DNA of 64,000 nucleotides, from positions 57,600,001 to 57,664,000 of the forward strand of contig CM059432.1 in the NCBI GenBank assembly GCA_030390025.1. The letters run 5' to 3'. This document shows, piece after piece, positions 1 to 14,010 of the stretch (the first letter of the stretch is position 1; each line of letters begins with the position of its first letter). The position numbers and the translations under genes are program-made. The notes beneath the pieces were generated by a model, which ran no database searches, was not told where the DNA came from, and worked only from the letters and a program-made list of their open reading frames with translations. The stretch is from Squalus acanthias (Eukaryota).

Positions 1-300
1 GGCATAGTTTCAGAATACAGGGTCGCCCTTTTAGAACTGAGATGAGGAGGAATTTCTTCTCTCAGAGTGTCGTAAATCTGTGGAATTCTCTGCCCCAGAG
101 AGCCATGGAGGCTGGGTCATTAAATACATTTAAGGTGGAGATAGACAAATTTTTGCAAGATAAGGGAATGAAGGGTTATGGGGAGTGGGCGGGGAAGTGG
201 CTTTGAGCCCAAGATCAGCCATGATCTTATTGAATGGCGGAGCAGGCTCGAGGAGCCAAGTGGCCTATTCCTGCTCCTATTTCTTATGTTCTTATGTTCT
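1..300 (+). mobile_element. CR1 LINE 3' end
   Basis: Translates HSFRIQGRPFRTEMRRNFFSQSVVNLWNSLP, matching the C-terminus of the intact ORF2 at 30842-33709. CR1 3'UTR and (TTCTTATG)n tail follow. Confidence 0.92.
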
Positions 301-302
301 TC

Positions 303-526
303 TGTAATGTAGGAAATGCAGCAGCCAATTTGCACACAGCAAGGTCCCACAAATAGCTATGTGATAATGACCAGATAATCTGTTTTACTGATGTTTGTTG
401 AGGGATTAATATTGGCCAGGACACCGGGGAGAACTCCGCAGCTCTTCTTTGAATAATGCCAGGGAATCTTTTACATCCACCTGAGAGGGCAGCCAGGGCC
501 CCGGTGTAACATCTCATCCAAAAGAC
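303..526 (-). mobile_element. Deu-core SINE (SacSINE1-like) fragment
   Basis: Homologous to copies at 16955-17378, 41985-42378 and 47065-47330. Family name is from recall of the shark DeuSINE consensus. Confidence 0.8.
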
Positions 527-659
527 TATCTCATATAAATGACAAATTAGCACCAACACAGTGTGCTGCTTCTGGGAACTTACATAAATGGAGGAAGGAC
601 GTATGAGCCTTGCTTCAACTGTTTAAATGACTACAGCAGCCATTTAAAGGTGAGCACAG

Positions 660-870
660 CTAGTTCCGCAAAATTTTCTGTGGAAGAAACTGACTGTAAA
701 GTTATAGAATTCCATAGCACAATAATTGCAATAAGTACTGATGCAGTGGAGGATAGCAATGAAGAATGTCTGGGAAGCATGGAGGCTAGAGTGAATGCTG
801 TCTCTAATGCTGAAAGGACTTGGAAGCAAATGTGCAAGAAGGTATCAGACCTGAGTAAAGGTAAGGCTAC
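660..870 (+). pseudogene. Harbinger-type Myb/SANT DNA-binding exon, decayed
   Basis: AKFSVEETDC...ARVNAVSNAERTWKQMCKKVSDLSK followed by a GTAAGG donor. Same pattern as the Myb exon at 62551-62789. Confidence 0.6.
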
Positions 871-2907
871 CCGACTGTTCCCTATACCAAATAAATGCCT
901 CAAGTTACATGCTATAAAGTCTTCCTCTAAACCTGCTGTCCCATTATACGCAACCAAATACTTAACATGAATGCCATACTGCAGTAACACACACATTCAA
1001 GCTGCAACTTGCACATGATACTCTCCTCACACTAACATTTTAAAACAAAAATCCTAACAAAACCTAGCAGTGGCCAATTTTCATTTTCCGGCGTAAGTCA
1101 GCTCTACTTTTGGCACTACTTTTACAACCATCTGAATCTCAAGTGTAAATTATACTTAAATCTTCAGTACTTAATTCACAACTCCAGGTGCAAACTCAGA
1201 TGTATCTAAGGATGACTCTGTAGTTGGAAAGAAAAATTGCATGTTTAGTGATATTTAAAGAGTGGGGACATTAACAGGGAGCTACACAATGGGGGTGGGG
1301 ACAAAAATTCAGAATGCATCGGGGAAGTTTTAAAAGATATCTCAATCCATCAACATCCTTTGCTGAGGCTGAGGGCAGAGAATTAAGAATTACCTGGCAA
1401 GAATGAAGGAAAAGGGAACCCCAGGTGCATGTATGGTTCTGCAGACAAATGACAGAGCAGTCAAGCTCCCAGTCCTCTGTTTGGAAGCTGCTGAAGTTGG
1501 GGTGATGTTGCGTGAGCTGCTTCTGATGAGGGTTGATCGCAGTGTTGCTCCAGAGCACCATCCATAGGTCAGCAGTGCACTACAGTATCGGTTTGACATT
1601 TTTCTCCTGCGTGGTTCAAGCTAAGGTACTGTCAGGGGTTAGGCTGAAGCCTGCTGTGCATTCCCTTTGTGTTAGTCTGCACATGTTTCTTTAAGGTTTG
1701 TGAATCACAGCAACAGTCCCAGAATCCTGAGGCAGGAATGACGTCCAATAGAGCTGTCCACACCTGCTCAGTGAGCAGGACGGGCCGGGTAGTAACAGAT
1801 AGGCTGCTCAGTACAATAACATTTGCAAACTGCAGGTAAACGTCACGTGATCAAATGTCACTTGATCAAACCTCCAGGAATACATCCAACCAGTGTAGAC
1901 AACCCTATCGCCAGCCGCATGCTAATACGGCTGGGCTGTAAAAATCGGCTGGGCCTCCCCACGGGCTGATCTCTCACTAGGCCACATTCCCACCTGGGAC
2001 TTAAAATCGACCCCTATGTCTTAAGCATACTGAATTTATTGTGACGATTCTAATTTTGGAGGTTTGTTTTGGTACCTTTCTACGTGTAGGCTTGCCAGGC
2101 AGAATAGATTAAGAATGGGATCCTGACCCTCTGATTTTGAGTGAATATGTTGAACCCCCAGGTGAAATATGTAACTCATGTTCTGGATGAGGAAACATTT
2201 TAACACAACACAAGGGAAATGCTGGCATTTTAAGCATTTATTTTTGAGTTCTGAGCTGTGTCCAAATAGCTTTGCAAAAGACAAATTTTGCTCTGTGCCG
2301 CCTAAAATATTTACAACAATACAATTCTCTAAAATTACACAGCTGAGTTCTACCAAACAAAACAATAAAAAGAAAAGTGAAAACTAAATAAGATAGGTTG
2401 CTCACTGAAGGCGTGGTAGTGCTTTGAATGAAACTCTCTATTATGTATCATAACAACTAGAAGGGAACATTTAACCGAACACGAAACCTCCAGCTGCATC
2501 TGATATATGTTATTTTTTTAATTGAAGAAACTGCTATTACAGACATGACAGTACAAAGTCCATTATTACTATTCAAAATTAGCTCAAAGGATTTGTTTAA
2601 ATTCCTTATTTTCTTGCAGTTAATTTACTTTCTGAATAGATATCTATTTATACAACCTTAAGCTATCTGTAGTTAAATCTATTGCAGCCACATCAACATA
2701 TCTTTGATCAAGGTCAATCCTACTTCACTGTAGGCTAGGCATATTCTTTATTTGCTCAGAAGGAGTTTGTGTTTATCTTTATGTGAGATAAGTGCCTGCA
2801 ATGTATACCTAACAATAAATGCGGGGAAGCTGCTACAGTGTCACTGCTATGAGAACTATCAGCCAGGCCTCGTAGCAGGACTGCTATGAAAGTAATAGGA
2901 CAGGTGA

Positions 2908-4800
2908 GGGGGCAGGAAATTGGGTGGGACACGTTACACCAGATTCCCCTCCCAATTTAACCTGTGTAGCGATTTTCCAGTGTCACTGCCAACAGGCGCC
3001 AGTTAGGCGGCAAGGTGACATCATATATTACATGTTCCATCATTACCGCCTTGGCAACGCAAGATGTTACTTATGCCTATACACAGCAAGTATCCAGCAT
3101 TGATAGGTGATGTGCAATACATTAAAGAATGTAAACGGCCTCAGTGGTCAGTGAAATCAATGCAGGGGACATTCGGTCAATAATTCCACAGTGGCAGTTT
3201 TTCACATATTTATCAGAGGGACTCTGTCACCAGCAATCGTTTCCTGCCCTACCCCCAGCGACAAACTCTGAATCACACCAGGAACCGAAGACACTTGTGG
3301 CAATGGACTTGACAGCAGAAAATTCACTGGGGTCAGCACCAACTACCTTGGGTTGGCGAAACGCCTGTCTCATCACACATCTGTTGGTAATCGGGCTGGC
3401 AAAGAAAAAATGCGCTACCATATTTTATAGAGCCTGATGCCTGGCACAGTGGCATCAGGACCACTGCTTTTCAGATGCCGCAGCCCCTGAGCAGAACTTG
3501 TGCAATAATGTGAGGTAAACTCATTTAATTTTCAGTGCTTCTTGTGCAAGAGGGATGACACGGGGGGGTCAGGGCCTGAGTTAGCCAGCGCCAACTGCTC
3601 TTAAAGGATGCTGGTTGTTCTTAAAAGGGAACTGCCTGCAAAATTAAAAGATGGCAGAAGCAAGACACAGAGGCAGAACAGAGCAATTCCAAGATGCTGC
3701 GTTGCTGCCTCAGAGTGCATTTGCTCTGTGGCCCATGAACTATGGTAAGTGACAAACACCAAGTATGCTACCCACACGAGCTACCTGCATGCTGCATGGT
3801 GACATACTCACACGAGGTGGCTGCCTGTCTAGGCACTTAGGTCACACACACACAACTTCTCTCATATTCCTTATTGCAACATATGTCCTTTTTCTATCTA
3901 ATTGCAGGAGAAGGCCACACATAAATGATGGCAGTGAATGCAGACAGGATGGAGTTCACCCAAGCTGTGACCTTTGACTCTGTATGATGACAGGGCCCTG
4001 GAAATTCTGAGCACGGAGATATTAGAGGTAGCGGGGGAAGGGGAGGTTGGATGCCTCCCGCAACCTCATGGCTAGTATCATCCTTTAGTTTTCATTCTGA
4101 CATTCATTCACTCACTCAGTTATGCACCTCTTCACACACTGAAATACCCTGCAGCCTAATTCATGATAATGATATGCTATGTAAAGCTGTAGTTCATGTG
4201 GTGCCTTACTGCTAGCATTCCAAAATATGCTCTTCCTCTGTTTCTTTAGGTGGGCAAAGGTAGGAGATGGCAGAGCCTAATGTGCAGTTTCAACTGAGCA
4301 TCTCACAGCATCCTGCATCACCCACTCTTACAGTGGCAAGCAGCATCAGTGTGAACATCAGTGATTTGCAAGAAGGAGCACTTAATGAAGCAGAAACCAC
4401 AAGTGAGGAACAAATACAGGTAGAATTGCAAGAGATGCAACTTGCTAGCTATAGAATAATCTCAAGGTCTCCAATGCCTGCTGAGCCTACAAATTCAAAG
4501 CTCCCAGAGCCTGCCTACAAGTGTAGTTTGAAAGCTCAGCATCAGCAGTTAATGAAGCCATTTGAAAGTGTGCCTAGCAGGCTGTATAGTTTTGAGGTGT
4601 CTATGAAGGAATCCACATTCTGTATCTTGACAATGCTGCATGGCCGCTTAACCACCTGAACGCCATTGGACAGTGTGGTCACTTTAGGGCCTTCTGCAGT
4701 GAAACCTTCCCCCTTTCCCAAGGTCTTAAGCTCAGGTGTAACTTCCATCATGAATGCTTTGACTGGGCTCTAGAGACCTTGGGCTGCAATCCACAGCAGT
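2908..4800 (+). mobile_element. Decayed PIF/Harbinger element with a multi-exon Myb-like gene (+) and a possible transposase remnant (-)
   Basis: ttgcag|GAGAAG acceptor at 3908, then EKATH...TG...LTLYDDRALEILSTEILEVAGEGEVG, homologous to exon 2 at 62088-62247. A TIR-like GGGGCAGGAAATT lies at ~2908. The transposase signal at 3050-3420 is weak. Confidence 0.55.
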
Positions 4801-4829
4801 CTGCACTCTCTGGATTAACTATGTTGGGG

Positions 4830-5135
4830 AATCATAGGAATAGGAGTAGGCCATTCAGCCCCTCGAGCCTGTTCCACCATTCAGTTAGATCATGGCTGAT
4901 CTGTATCTTAAATGCGTCTACCTGCCTTGGTTCCGTAACTCTTAATACCCTTGCCTAACAAAAATCTATCAAGCACAGTTTCAATTGACCTAGCCGCTAC
5001 AGCATTTTGAGGAAGAGAGTTCCAGATTTCCACTACTCTTTGTGTGAAGAAGTGCTTCCTGACATCACTCCTGAAAGGCCTCGCTCTCATTTTAAGGTTG
5101 TCCCTTGTGTTGGACACCCCCACCAGAGGAAATAG
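4830..5135 (-). mobile_element. CR1 LINE 3' fragment
   Basis: ORF 4908-5123 reads RARPFRSDVRKHFFTQRVVEIWNSLP. CR1 3'UTR and TTCCTATG-type tail present. Confidence 0.9.
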
Positions 5136-6011
5136 TTTTTATTTTTGTGGGCCCAGGAGAAGCAAGACTGCTGCTGGCCCATTCAAGGCCCCACCCTCCC
5201 TCCACAGGGTAATTCCCCCACCCCCACCCCCTTAGACCTGACCTAGCTGGTTCAGTGTGGGAGCTGGCTAATTTCCCGCCTTCCCACAGCCAGTGATCTA
5301 CAGTGGGGTGCCTGCTTGGTACCTGCAATTCACCAGAGGCATTTAAATATGGCCAAAATCCAAATTTGGTTTGGGCCTCATGCCAGCACAAGTGTGGGTG
5401 GGCAGAGAGGCCGCTCCGCCAACTTTGCGCCCATTTCTGGCGGAAGTCGAATTTCTTGGCCAAAAACTGTCTAAATACAGCCTGCAGTGCTTCTGACACA
5501 CCAAGGTGGGGGTGGGGGGGGGGGGGAGGGGGGGCGGGGGGGGGAAGATGGGTGGAAATCTCCTGCAGAGTCAGAAGTTAGGCTAAATAAGCCCCTTCTT
5601 CCTACAAATAAATAATGCGAGGATATTCTTAGTGGAAAACCCGTTGTGATTTCATTAGAATGTGAAAGATACAGAACTGGAAGCCCCACAGCAGACAGTG
5701 CACAAGTAGATATTGAAGCAGTAGTCAATCGTGAGAAAAAATTCATGGGCAAAGGGTTCGGGAATGGGACTAATTGGATAGCTCTTTCAGGGAGATGGCA
5801 TAGATGCAATGGGATGAATGGCTCCCTCTTGTGCTGTAAAGTTTGCTCATTCTATGAAACAAAAAAAACTGAAAATTGGTTTAGAAATAAGGATTCCCAC
5901 AAAAGATTTTACAGTACCTGCTGTGGTCCTTTAGCTCACTCACTGCCTAACAACGCTGGAAGCTTGCTTAATAGGAACTTGATTGACATCCAGGATAAAT
6001 GAGGTGATAAT

Positions 6012-6754
6012 GGCCCAGAAATTAAAGACGGAGCCTTCCTGCGGGGGTAAGGCTTCCCCGCGATATCTCACTGCGCGCCTGCCTTTTCATTCCGAGCTCA
6101 CACGAACTTTACTTTCAAGACTGCAGCTGTGCAGTGCTTGCGTATCCCACAGATGCAGTTAATTCGTGCGAGCTGTGGGATTACGTGATTCAGTTAGAGC
6201 CAATGGCAGCACACCATCTTTCATTCATAGTTTTCACAGCAAGGGCTGTGAAAGCTATGAATCTATACCCCCCCAAAAGAACAGCTAAACCTCAATTAAA
6301 TTTTAAAAAAAACCATCACATTAATAAAATAAGTATAGTTAAATAAATTAACCACTTTAAACAAAAAATTAAATTTTTGAAAAAATTTAAAATCTTTTTA
6401 AAAGTTATAAAAATAAACTTACCTTTCTTTAAAGTCTCTAAAAAAGATATACCTGTTGAAAAAAATTCAAAATAATACTTAATTAACTACTTACCTTGTT
6501 AAAAGAGGGTCTTACGCCTCCTTTCTTTATGTGCAAAATCTTCCATGCTTACCTGCGCGTTCAAAGCACTAAGTGCACTGCGTGCGCGCAGCCTGTAGCG
6601 CGCACGCGGTTCACTTAGGAACCGCCCCCTTTTGAAATCACCAAGTGCCGGTTTTCAGCGCATGCGCAGTGCATGCAGAAAACCGGCAATTGGAGACAGA
6701 ATACGCGAGAGTACACAGTGCGTACTCTCGCGTAGTGAGACTAATTTTTGGGCC
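6012..6754. mobile_element. MITE family A copy 1 (PIF/Harbinger-type, non-autonomous)
   Basis: TIRs GGCCCAGAAATT...AATTTTTGGGCC with a 3-bp AAT TSD. Full-length homologues at 26822-27584 and 53483-54226. Confidence 0.9.
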
Positions 6755-7294
6755 AATGATGGAAAATGGGAAGATGTCATCACATTATTACTACTTTATT
6801 TAAATATGGCAATCGCTTCTGCTACCTGATGGAAGTGATGCCAAAAAATAGTAAGTTGAAAAAAAGGATGGGGCTCTGGTGTAATGGGTCCCTGCCCCTC
6901 AAACCTCAATACCACCCAAAAAACGGGTGATAGGAAAAGGACAGTCTAGCCTTATGGTGATTGATATGTTTTAAAATTTCTAATCTTCAGGCAAGTGGAA
7001 CTATACAAATCCCAGAAAGAAATCTTTGTATAATCAATTAATAACTTCACAACGTATATGAGCAGTTGGTTGTGTGACAACTCTAATAGGCTTTAATGAG
7101 TATGACATTTTTGACTCAGTTCATAACTAATATGAGCTAACAGCACAAAACATCCTTTCATTCTACTCCAATTTCCCTGAAAGAGGCCAGAACGATGACG
7201 AGTTTAGAATTGGAAATGTAATACTGGGGCTCTAAAAGGTGTTTCTCTGATACTGGCTTTCAGGTAACATTGTATGGGTGATATAAAAGGACTT

Positions 7295-10032
7295 CATTCT
7301 ACATACTAGAATGGTTCCGGGGATGAGGGATTACAGTTACGTAGATAGACTAGAGAAGCTGGGGTTGTTCTCCTTGAAGCAGAGAAGGCTAAGAGGAGAT
7401 CTGATAGAGGTGTTTAAAATCATGAAGGATTTAGGTAGAGTAAATAAAGAGTTTGGCCCAGAAATTGGGCTACTTACCGCCATGAGTTACCGCCGCAATC
7501 CTTGCGAAAAATGGCAGCCGCCATTCTAACGCCCTTCTCTGGTGCGGCACTCGGCAGCCATCATTTTGGTGAGGGCCTTAGCACTGCCAACAGCAGCGCT
7601 GTCCCTGGAGATGCAAATATGGAGAGCGTGACATCAGTCGGCGTGCAACGTTGAGTTAACATCACGCTCTGCGAACTTGGACCTTAGCGCTGAGTTTAGC
7701 GCTGGGTCCTAAGCTCACTCTGAAAAGCGAGCATGCAGCAGACTAACAGATGCTGTCAACACTTCTTAAAGGGACACACACATCTTTCAGCTAAGTTTGC
7801 ATTTAAGCTTTTGGACTGGATTTTTTATATTTTGTTGAAGTAGTGGCTTGCTGCAATACATGTTAAACATTTTTTAAGTGTGCAGGGAGTGCAGGGACTG
7901 CTGCTGGATGCTTGCAAGGCCTCGGATAGTAAAGGAAGGCCTCTGAGAAGACAGAAAATGTTGGAAATATTCAGCAAGTCAGGCAATATCCATGGAGATA
8001 GAAACAGAGTTCACATGTCTCAGGTTAAAGATGCTGTCTGACTTGTTGAGTATTTCCAGCATTTTGTGCTTTTATTTCCAATTTACAGCATCCGCTCACA
8101 GAGGGAAGAGGAAGACGCAGAAGAGGAAGACGCAGAAGAGGAAGAGGCAGAAGAGGAGGAAGTAGAAGAGGAGGAAATAGAAGAGGAGGAAGCAGAAAAG
8201 GAGGAAGCAGAAGGAAGGAAGCAACCAAGTCAGCCCCTTTCTGGCCAGGATATCTAGGGTGGAATCATCCGCCTGTGGTCCCAGTGACCACAACCCCAAT
8301 TCCCTCTGTTACTGACTATCACAGCATCCTCTTGGCCACAATGCCGAAATATAAGCCACCACAATGCTAAGATTCCAATCCAACTTTATACATCTATCCA
8401 TCCAATATTACATCAAGAAATCAACTAATCACCTTTGTGCTTTCCCTTAGTGACTGTTTTGTGTGTGCTTTTGACTATCCTACTGATATCACACAGTGCT
8501 ACCCCAGTGGCTGCAGCAAGGCTGGTGGAAGGCTGCTGACTTTCAATGGGGGCCACTGCAAATGGCCTTGCAGGTTGACCTTGAGGAGCTGGTGGCTGGG
8601 AGTGTGAAATCGAGTGACAGTGTTTCTTCTTCTTCTTCTTCTCCTCTCCCTCTTCTTGGTCAATCACTGGCTGGGTAGGCTGGATTTCTTGAGTGTCTGA
8701 AATGAGGAAGGCACAAGGGTGGAGTTGTGGTGAAGGGAGGGCGGGAAAGCAAGAGGTCCATGCAAGAAGGAGGATAACGTATGAGGATACAAGCATCTTG
8801 TTTCCTTTCAGTCCCGCCGCTGGCCAAGGGCTCAGCCATGCCCCTGCCAAGAATGGCCAGCACCATCTCCTCCAAGGGGGTGAGGTGAGGCTAGGAATGG
8901 GAGGTGTGCCTCATGTTTGGTAGAGACTGTTGGTAGGTGAGTAATTGGAGGGGGGGGTGAAGTTGTGCATTAAGCAGTAAGTGAGGCTAGTGGTGCAGTT
9001 GGTAGGAGATGGCTTTTGAAGATGCATTCACTGACCTTGACCACTGGTCTGAGGTCATGAAGCTTCTTTGGGCACTGGAGCCAGAGGGTGAGGGTGACAC
9101 TGCTGGCAGTAACGGCCTCGGTGATGTGGTCCCACATCCTTCTTTCTGGAGGGCCTCTTGGCCCCTGTGGGTAGAGGACCTCTCTTGCAGTGTTGTCCTC
9201 CTGCACAAAGCTGGAGTGCTGCATGCGAGCCCCTGGGTAACCCTTCCCTGGCTTGCTGAGCCATTTGTGTTAGTGCTAAAGTACTTTTCCCATTCTTTTA
9301 GGTGCGGAAGGCAATTCAGCTTTAAGAGCTGAAGACTTCCAGTTGGGAATTCTTTTTAGTGTTAATTTTCTTTTCAGAAGGCAGTTGAGCTGTAAGCGCT
9401 AAAATTTTTTAATGATTTTTTTTTTCATTTTAGAAGGCAGTTCCTCTTTAAGGGACCAAAGTGCTCTCTAAAATGACAGCCTTGCTTTAAGATAAGGTTG
9501 TTCTTGCTGCAATGACACTACGGCCACGCTACATTGGCCTCCTCCAGGACTAATGCCATGAAAATGGCGTTGCACGGTAAGTTAAGTGCTGGGCTAATGT
9601 TAATTAGAAACCAGCGCCAATTTATCGGTCCTGCCAGCGCTATCAATTTTGGTGGCCATTAACTGCGGCCTGCAGTCGCACAAGCAGGTTTTTAGCAATC
9701 TCGAATTTCTAGAACATACTCTTTCAAATGACTAAAGGGTCAATAATGAGAGGGCACAGATTTAAGGTGATTGGCAAAAAAACAGAGGCGACATGAGGGA
9801 AAACATTTTTACGCAACGAATGGTTAGGATTTGGAATGTGCTGCCTGATAGGGTGGTGGATACAGATTCAATAGTAGCCTTCAAAAGGGAATTGAATAAA
9901 TATTTGAAGGAGAAAAATTTGCAGGGATATGGGGAAAGAGCGAGGGAGTGGGCCTAACTGGATTGCTCTTTGAAAGAGCCAGCGCAGACCCGATGGGCCG
10001 AATGGTCTCCTTCTGTGCTGTACTGATTCTAT
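7295..10032 (+). mobile_element. CR1 3' fragment split by a Harbinger insertion (7295-7451 and ~9716-10032)
   Basis: MVPGMRDYSYVDRLEKLGLFSLKQRRLRGDLIEVFKIMK...RVNKE resumes after 9715 with RGHRFKVIGK... and a CR1 3'UTR. Confidence 0.85.
7455..9715. mobile_element. Internally deleted PIF/Harbinger element with acidic tract (+), Myb/SANT relic (-) and captured PLE end
   Basis: Left TIR GGCCCAGAAATT and degenerate right AATTTCTAGAAC. Myb-like REVLYPQG...MWDHITEAV...WLQCPKKLHDLRPVVK|gt at ~9033-9224 (-). Glu-rich tract at 8100-8220. Inverted sister copy at 29215-30285. Confidence 0.8.
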
Positions 10033-11324
10033 GACAAAGCCTCTGCTGGGCATGGAATCCATGATGTGAACACTGGGGGATGAATCAGTGGTGTGGAGGG
10101 TTTTGGGCTCCTGCCAATATTTGTGCTGCCACCAGATTTCTCATCAGGTGGTGGGGGGAAGTGGGGGCAATGGCTGTGATGCCTGCAAAGTGTGCCGTGG
10201 CCAACAGCGCTGGCAGAAGACATTTATTTTTTATTTTATTAAATCCCCTGCCTTGCCGAGTTCAGTCGGTCACAGAGAGCACTGCACAAGGCTGCCTTTT
10301 AAATGTCAATCCTCCCCTCTGCTGCCTTGGTCTACTGCATATTAGGACCACAAAGCACTCCTGATGCCCAGCGTTGCTAAGGTGTTAATGACGTGATATC
10401 CATTGGATTACATTTTCCCATCATTAACCTCGCATTTTAATATGCCCAGCCAAATATGGGCTGACGTATTCGACGTCCCCCCTGCACCTCTGGTGGGAAA
10501 TGGCAGCTGCGGGGGAGCCAGTGGAACAGTGCCTGACCCATCTTCTGCCTCTGGTTTGGGATAGGTGCATCCATATCTGAATTGTGATATAATTTGCAAT
10601 TTTGCAAAGTAAATCAGAATTGGACCAACTTGGATCACTTTGGAGTTGAAATTCCATTTGAGCTCATCCCCCACAATACCTAGTTAGCACTTGCATTAAG
10701 TCACAGATATGCTAATACTGTTGGATACTAGTGTGTATGCATCTCCTTAAAAGTATCTGAACTGCAATTACTGAACTGTTCTCTAATCATGCATGACACA
10801 CAAGGGAAAATTGAGCCAATGTGCTCTCTATCAGGAGAACAAACTGTTCCAAAAATATAGCACCGCGCTTTGATCCAGTACAAAGGGTTTTAGCTGAAGA
10901 TGCGTGGGAAGTGGCCATAGTAACCAGTGCAATTAAAAGCATTTGAAAAATGATTTGTCCTTCAACTGAAAATTGTCTCGGGTGACTGCAAGAGCAGACT
11001 TGGCCTTTGCATGACTGATCTAAGAATATCTCCTGAGAACAGAGCGTGGTTAATGAACCAGTGTAACTGAGGACACACCAGCTTTTGAGCCTCAGCAGTT
11101 CAGTATATTTGCTTAAAGTGATTCACACAATTTCGCTTCAAAATTAATTTTTCGATGGTATGTTCATGTTCTGGGTAAGGTTGCATTATGGTGGTGTACA
11201 GCGTAGTAAATTACCCATGTAAACCACAATACAGCTTACACCTGCCTTGAAAATTTCCTTCAATACCTGTCATTTGTGCCTGTTTCCTCAATGAATAATC
11301 TTTGTGCTCTACTTTGAGAGGAGC

Positions 11325-11735
11325 TATGGGTATTTCTAAGGGCATATCTCTCTATTTGGAGGAGAAGGAAAAGGTGGAGGAGAATCACAGGATGCATACC
11401 ATATAGGTATTTTTGCATTCTTGGCACTCAATTAGGACCCATTTTATGCTATCACCTATGTTGCATGGCCAGTACATAAATAGAAAATCCTGGAAAGACT
11501 CAGCAGTTCAACCAGTATTGGATAAATTAATGTTTCAGGAGCAATCTTTCATCAGAAGCCAGGCTATTGTATCTGGACAAGACTGAAGACACCTGCATGA
11601 AAAGACTACAACTCCCAAAGAAGACCATTACAAAACTATGCACACTCCTGCAACCAGATTCAGGAAACCCTTCCAGGAGAGGAGCAGCTCTTTCAATGGC
11701 TCTGAAAGTAACAGCTGCATTGAACTTCATATGGC
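11325..11735 (+). pseudogene. Harbinger (HARBI1-like) transposase N-terminal relic
   Basis: YLDKTEDTCMKRLQLPKKTITKLCTLLQPD...ALSMALKVTAALNF resembles the N-terminal helical region of PIF/Harbinger transposases. Confidence 0.7.
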
Positions 11736-12494
11736 AGAACAAACTGCTCACTCAGCAGTAGACATCAAGCAGGATCTAATTAAACAAACATTTAATAGGA
11801 TAGGTGAAACATCCAATGCACAACAATTATTTTCACATGTGGCCAGTGCTCGTGCCATATTAAGCCTTTACATTTGTACCATCCACACCTGAAGACCCAC
11901 GAATGGCATATTCTCCCCAAGTACTGTAATCTACGTCATATGAAAAAGACATATGCTAGCATTAAGCACACACAACACATATTAACTCTTGCAGTGTGGG
12001 CTGTAGGTGTATGCAGTGTATTTTGTTCCAGTGCTAGTGACAGTATATGGTGTGTAGCTTCTACTTCCAAAATGACTGCTCCTTCCAAATGTTTCAAGAG
12101 GAAGTTAGGTGGATGGGTACTGGGTGTCAGTGTCTGCTTCTTTGGATAGAGATGGCTCAGTATCTGTGCGCTGGGTCAGTAGATGACACAGGGTGGTGGT
12201 AGCTGCCTGAAATATTCCAGCAGGGTGGCTGAGTGATACGGATATGGCATCACCCTGAGAGTCATTTCCTGTTCCCCTACTGCTGCCCACTCCCTCAATA
12301 CAGTTAGAGATCAGTGTGAAAACAGACCACTTGGCAGCAATAAAGTATTTGAAGCCCTGTGTTATGGCTATCTCAATCCAATTACCCATCATGCTGAGAT
12401 GAGATAAGACAGGTTTCTGTAGTTTGGAGCCCAAGGTCTCAAGAGCCCAGCGATAGCATTCATTAAAGAGCCAATGCTTAACCTTGGGATAGGA

Positions 12495-14010
12495 CCTCAG
12501 CCAAAGGGGCTCTGCTGCAGAGGGGCCACACTCTACAGCCCTCCATGGTGGTCAGCAGTTTGGTCAGGTTGTCTGGATAAAGTGGGAGAATGGAATAGAG
12601 TCCTTACAGGAAGCGGGGTGGAAGGAAGTGTAATCAAGGTAGTTGTGGGTGTCAGTGGGCTTATAGTAGATATTGGTTGATAGCATATTCCCGGAAATGG
12701 AGATGGAGAAGTTGAGGAAGGGAAGGGTAGAGTCAGAGCTGACCATGTGAAGGCAAGGGAGGGGTGGAAATTGGAAGCAACGTTGATGAAATTTACCAGT
12801 TCGGGGTGAGAGCAGGAAGCGGCACCGATACAGTCATCAATGTATCAGAAAAGGAGGTGAGAGAGGGACCTGTGTAGGATTGGAACAAAGAATGTTCCAC
12901 GTAGCCCACGAAAAGGCAGGCATAGCTAGTACCCATACGGGCTACCATAGCAACACCTTTTACTTGGAGGAAGTGAGTGGAGTCAAAGGAGAAGTTGTTC
13001 AAAGTAAGAACAATTTCAGCCAGGCGGTGGGTGTTGGTGGATGGAAACTGGTTGCGCCTCCATTCAAGGAAGAAGCAGAGGGCCGGCAGGCCGTGCTGGT
13101 GGGGGTTGGAGGTGTAGAGGGTCTGGACGTCAATGGTGAAAAGGAGATGTTTAGGGCCAGGAATCTGTAATACTGTTAAAATGTGGAGGGCGTTGGAAGA
13201 GTTGCGGATGTAGGTGGGAAGAGACTGGAGAAGGGAGAAAAAATAGAGTCGAGATAGGAAGAAATCAGTTCTGTCGGGCAAGAACAGGCTGAAACGATGT
13301 ATCTACCAGGGCAGTCCTGTTTGTGGATCTTGGGAAGCAGATAGAAGCGGGCTGTGTGGGGTTGGGTGACTATGAGGTTGGAGACTGTGGAGGTATGATC
13401 TCCGGAGGAGATAAGGTCAGTGACGGTCTGGGAAACGATGGTTTGATGTTCAGTGGTGGGGTCATGGTCCAGGGGGAGGTAGGAGGAGGTGAGAGAGAGT
13501 TGGCGTACAGACTCTGCAAGGTAGAGATCCGTTTGCCAAACAACAAGCGCCACGCTTGTCAGCAGGTTTAATGACAATGTCATGGATTGACCTGTGAGAA
13601 TGGAGTGCTGCAAGTTCAGAGGGAGATAGGTTAGAGTGAGTGAGGGGAGCAGAGAAATTGAGATGACCGGTGTCATGCCGGCAGTTCCCAATGAAAAGAT
13701 CTAGAGAGGGTAAGAGGCCAGAGGGAGGGGTCCAGGTGGAACAAGAATTCTGAAAACTGGAGAAAGGGTTCGCTGTGCAGGGGCAAGACTCCTGGCCAAA
13801 CAAATGGGTGCGGAGATGAAGGTGACAGAAGAAGAGTTCAGCATCGTGCCGAGCTCGAAATTCATTGAGGTGGGGGCTTAAGGGAATAAAGCTAAGGCCT
13901 TTGCTGAGGACTAATTGCTCGGGATCAGAGAGGGGAAGGTCAGAGAGGATAGTGAAAACACGGCAAAAGGTGAGATTGGAAGGATGGATGGGTCGGGGGA
14001 AAGTGAAGGG
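12495..14010 (-). mobile_element. Penelope-like element, RT region, frameshifted
   Basis: IVIKPADK, FYLLPKIHK..PGRYIVS, LFTIDVQTLYTS, NNFSFDSTHFLQVKGVAM, LPFL...YYKPTDTHNYLDYTSFHP spread across several frames. Confidence 0.93.

Noticed and set aside
563..996. Possible host-gene exon
   Set aside because: Better explained as a decayed transposon Myb exon; no neighbouring exons form a host gene.
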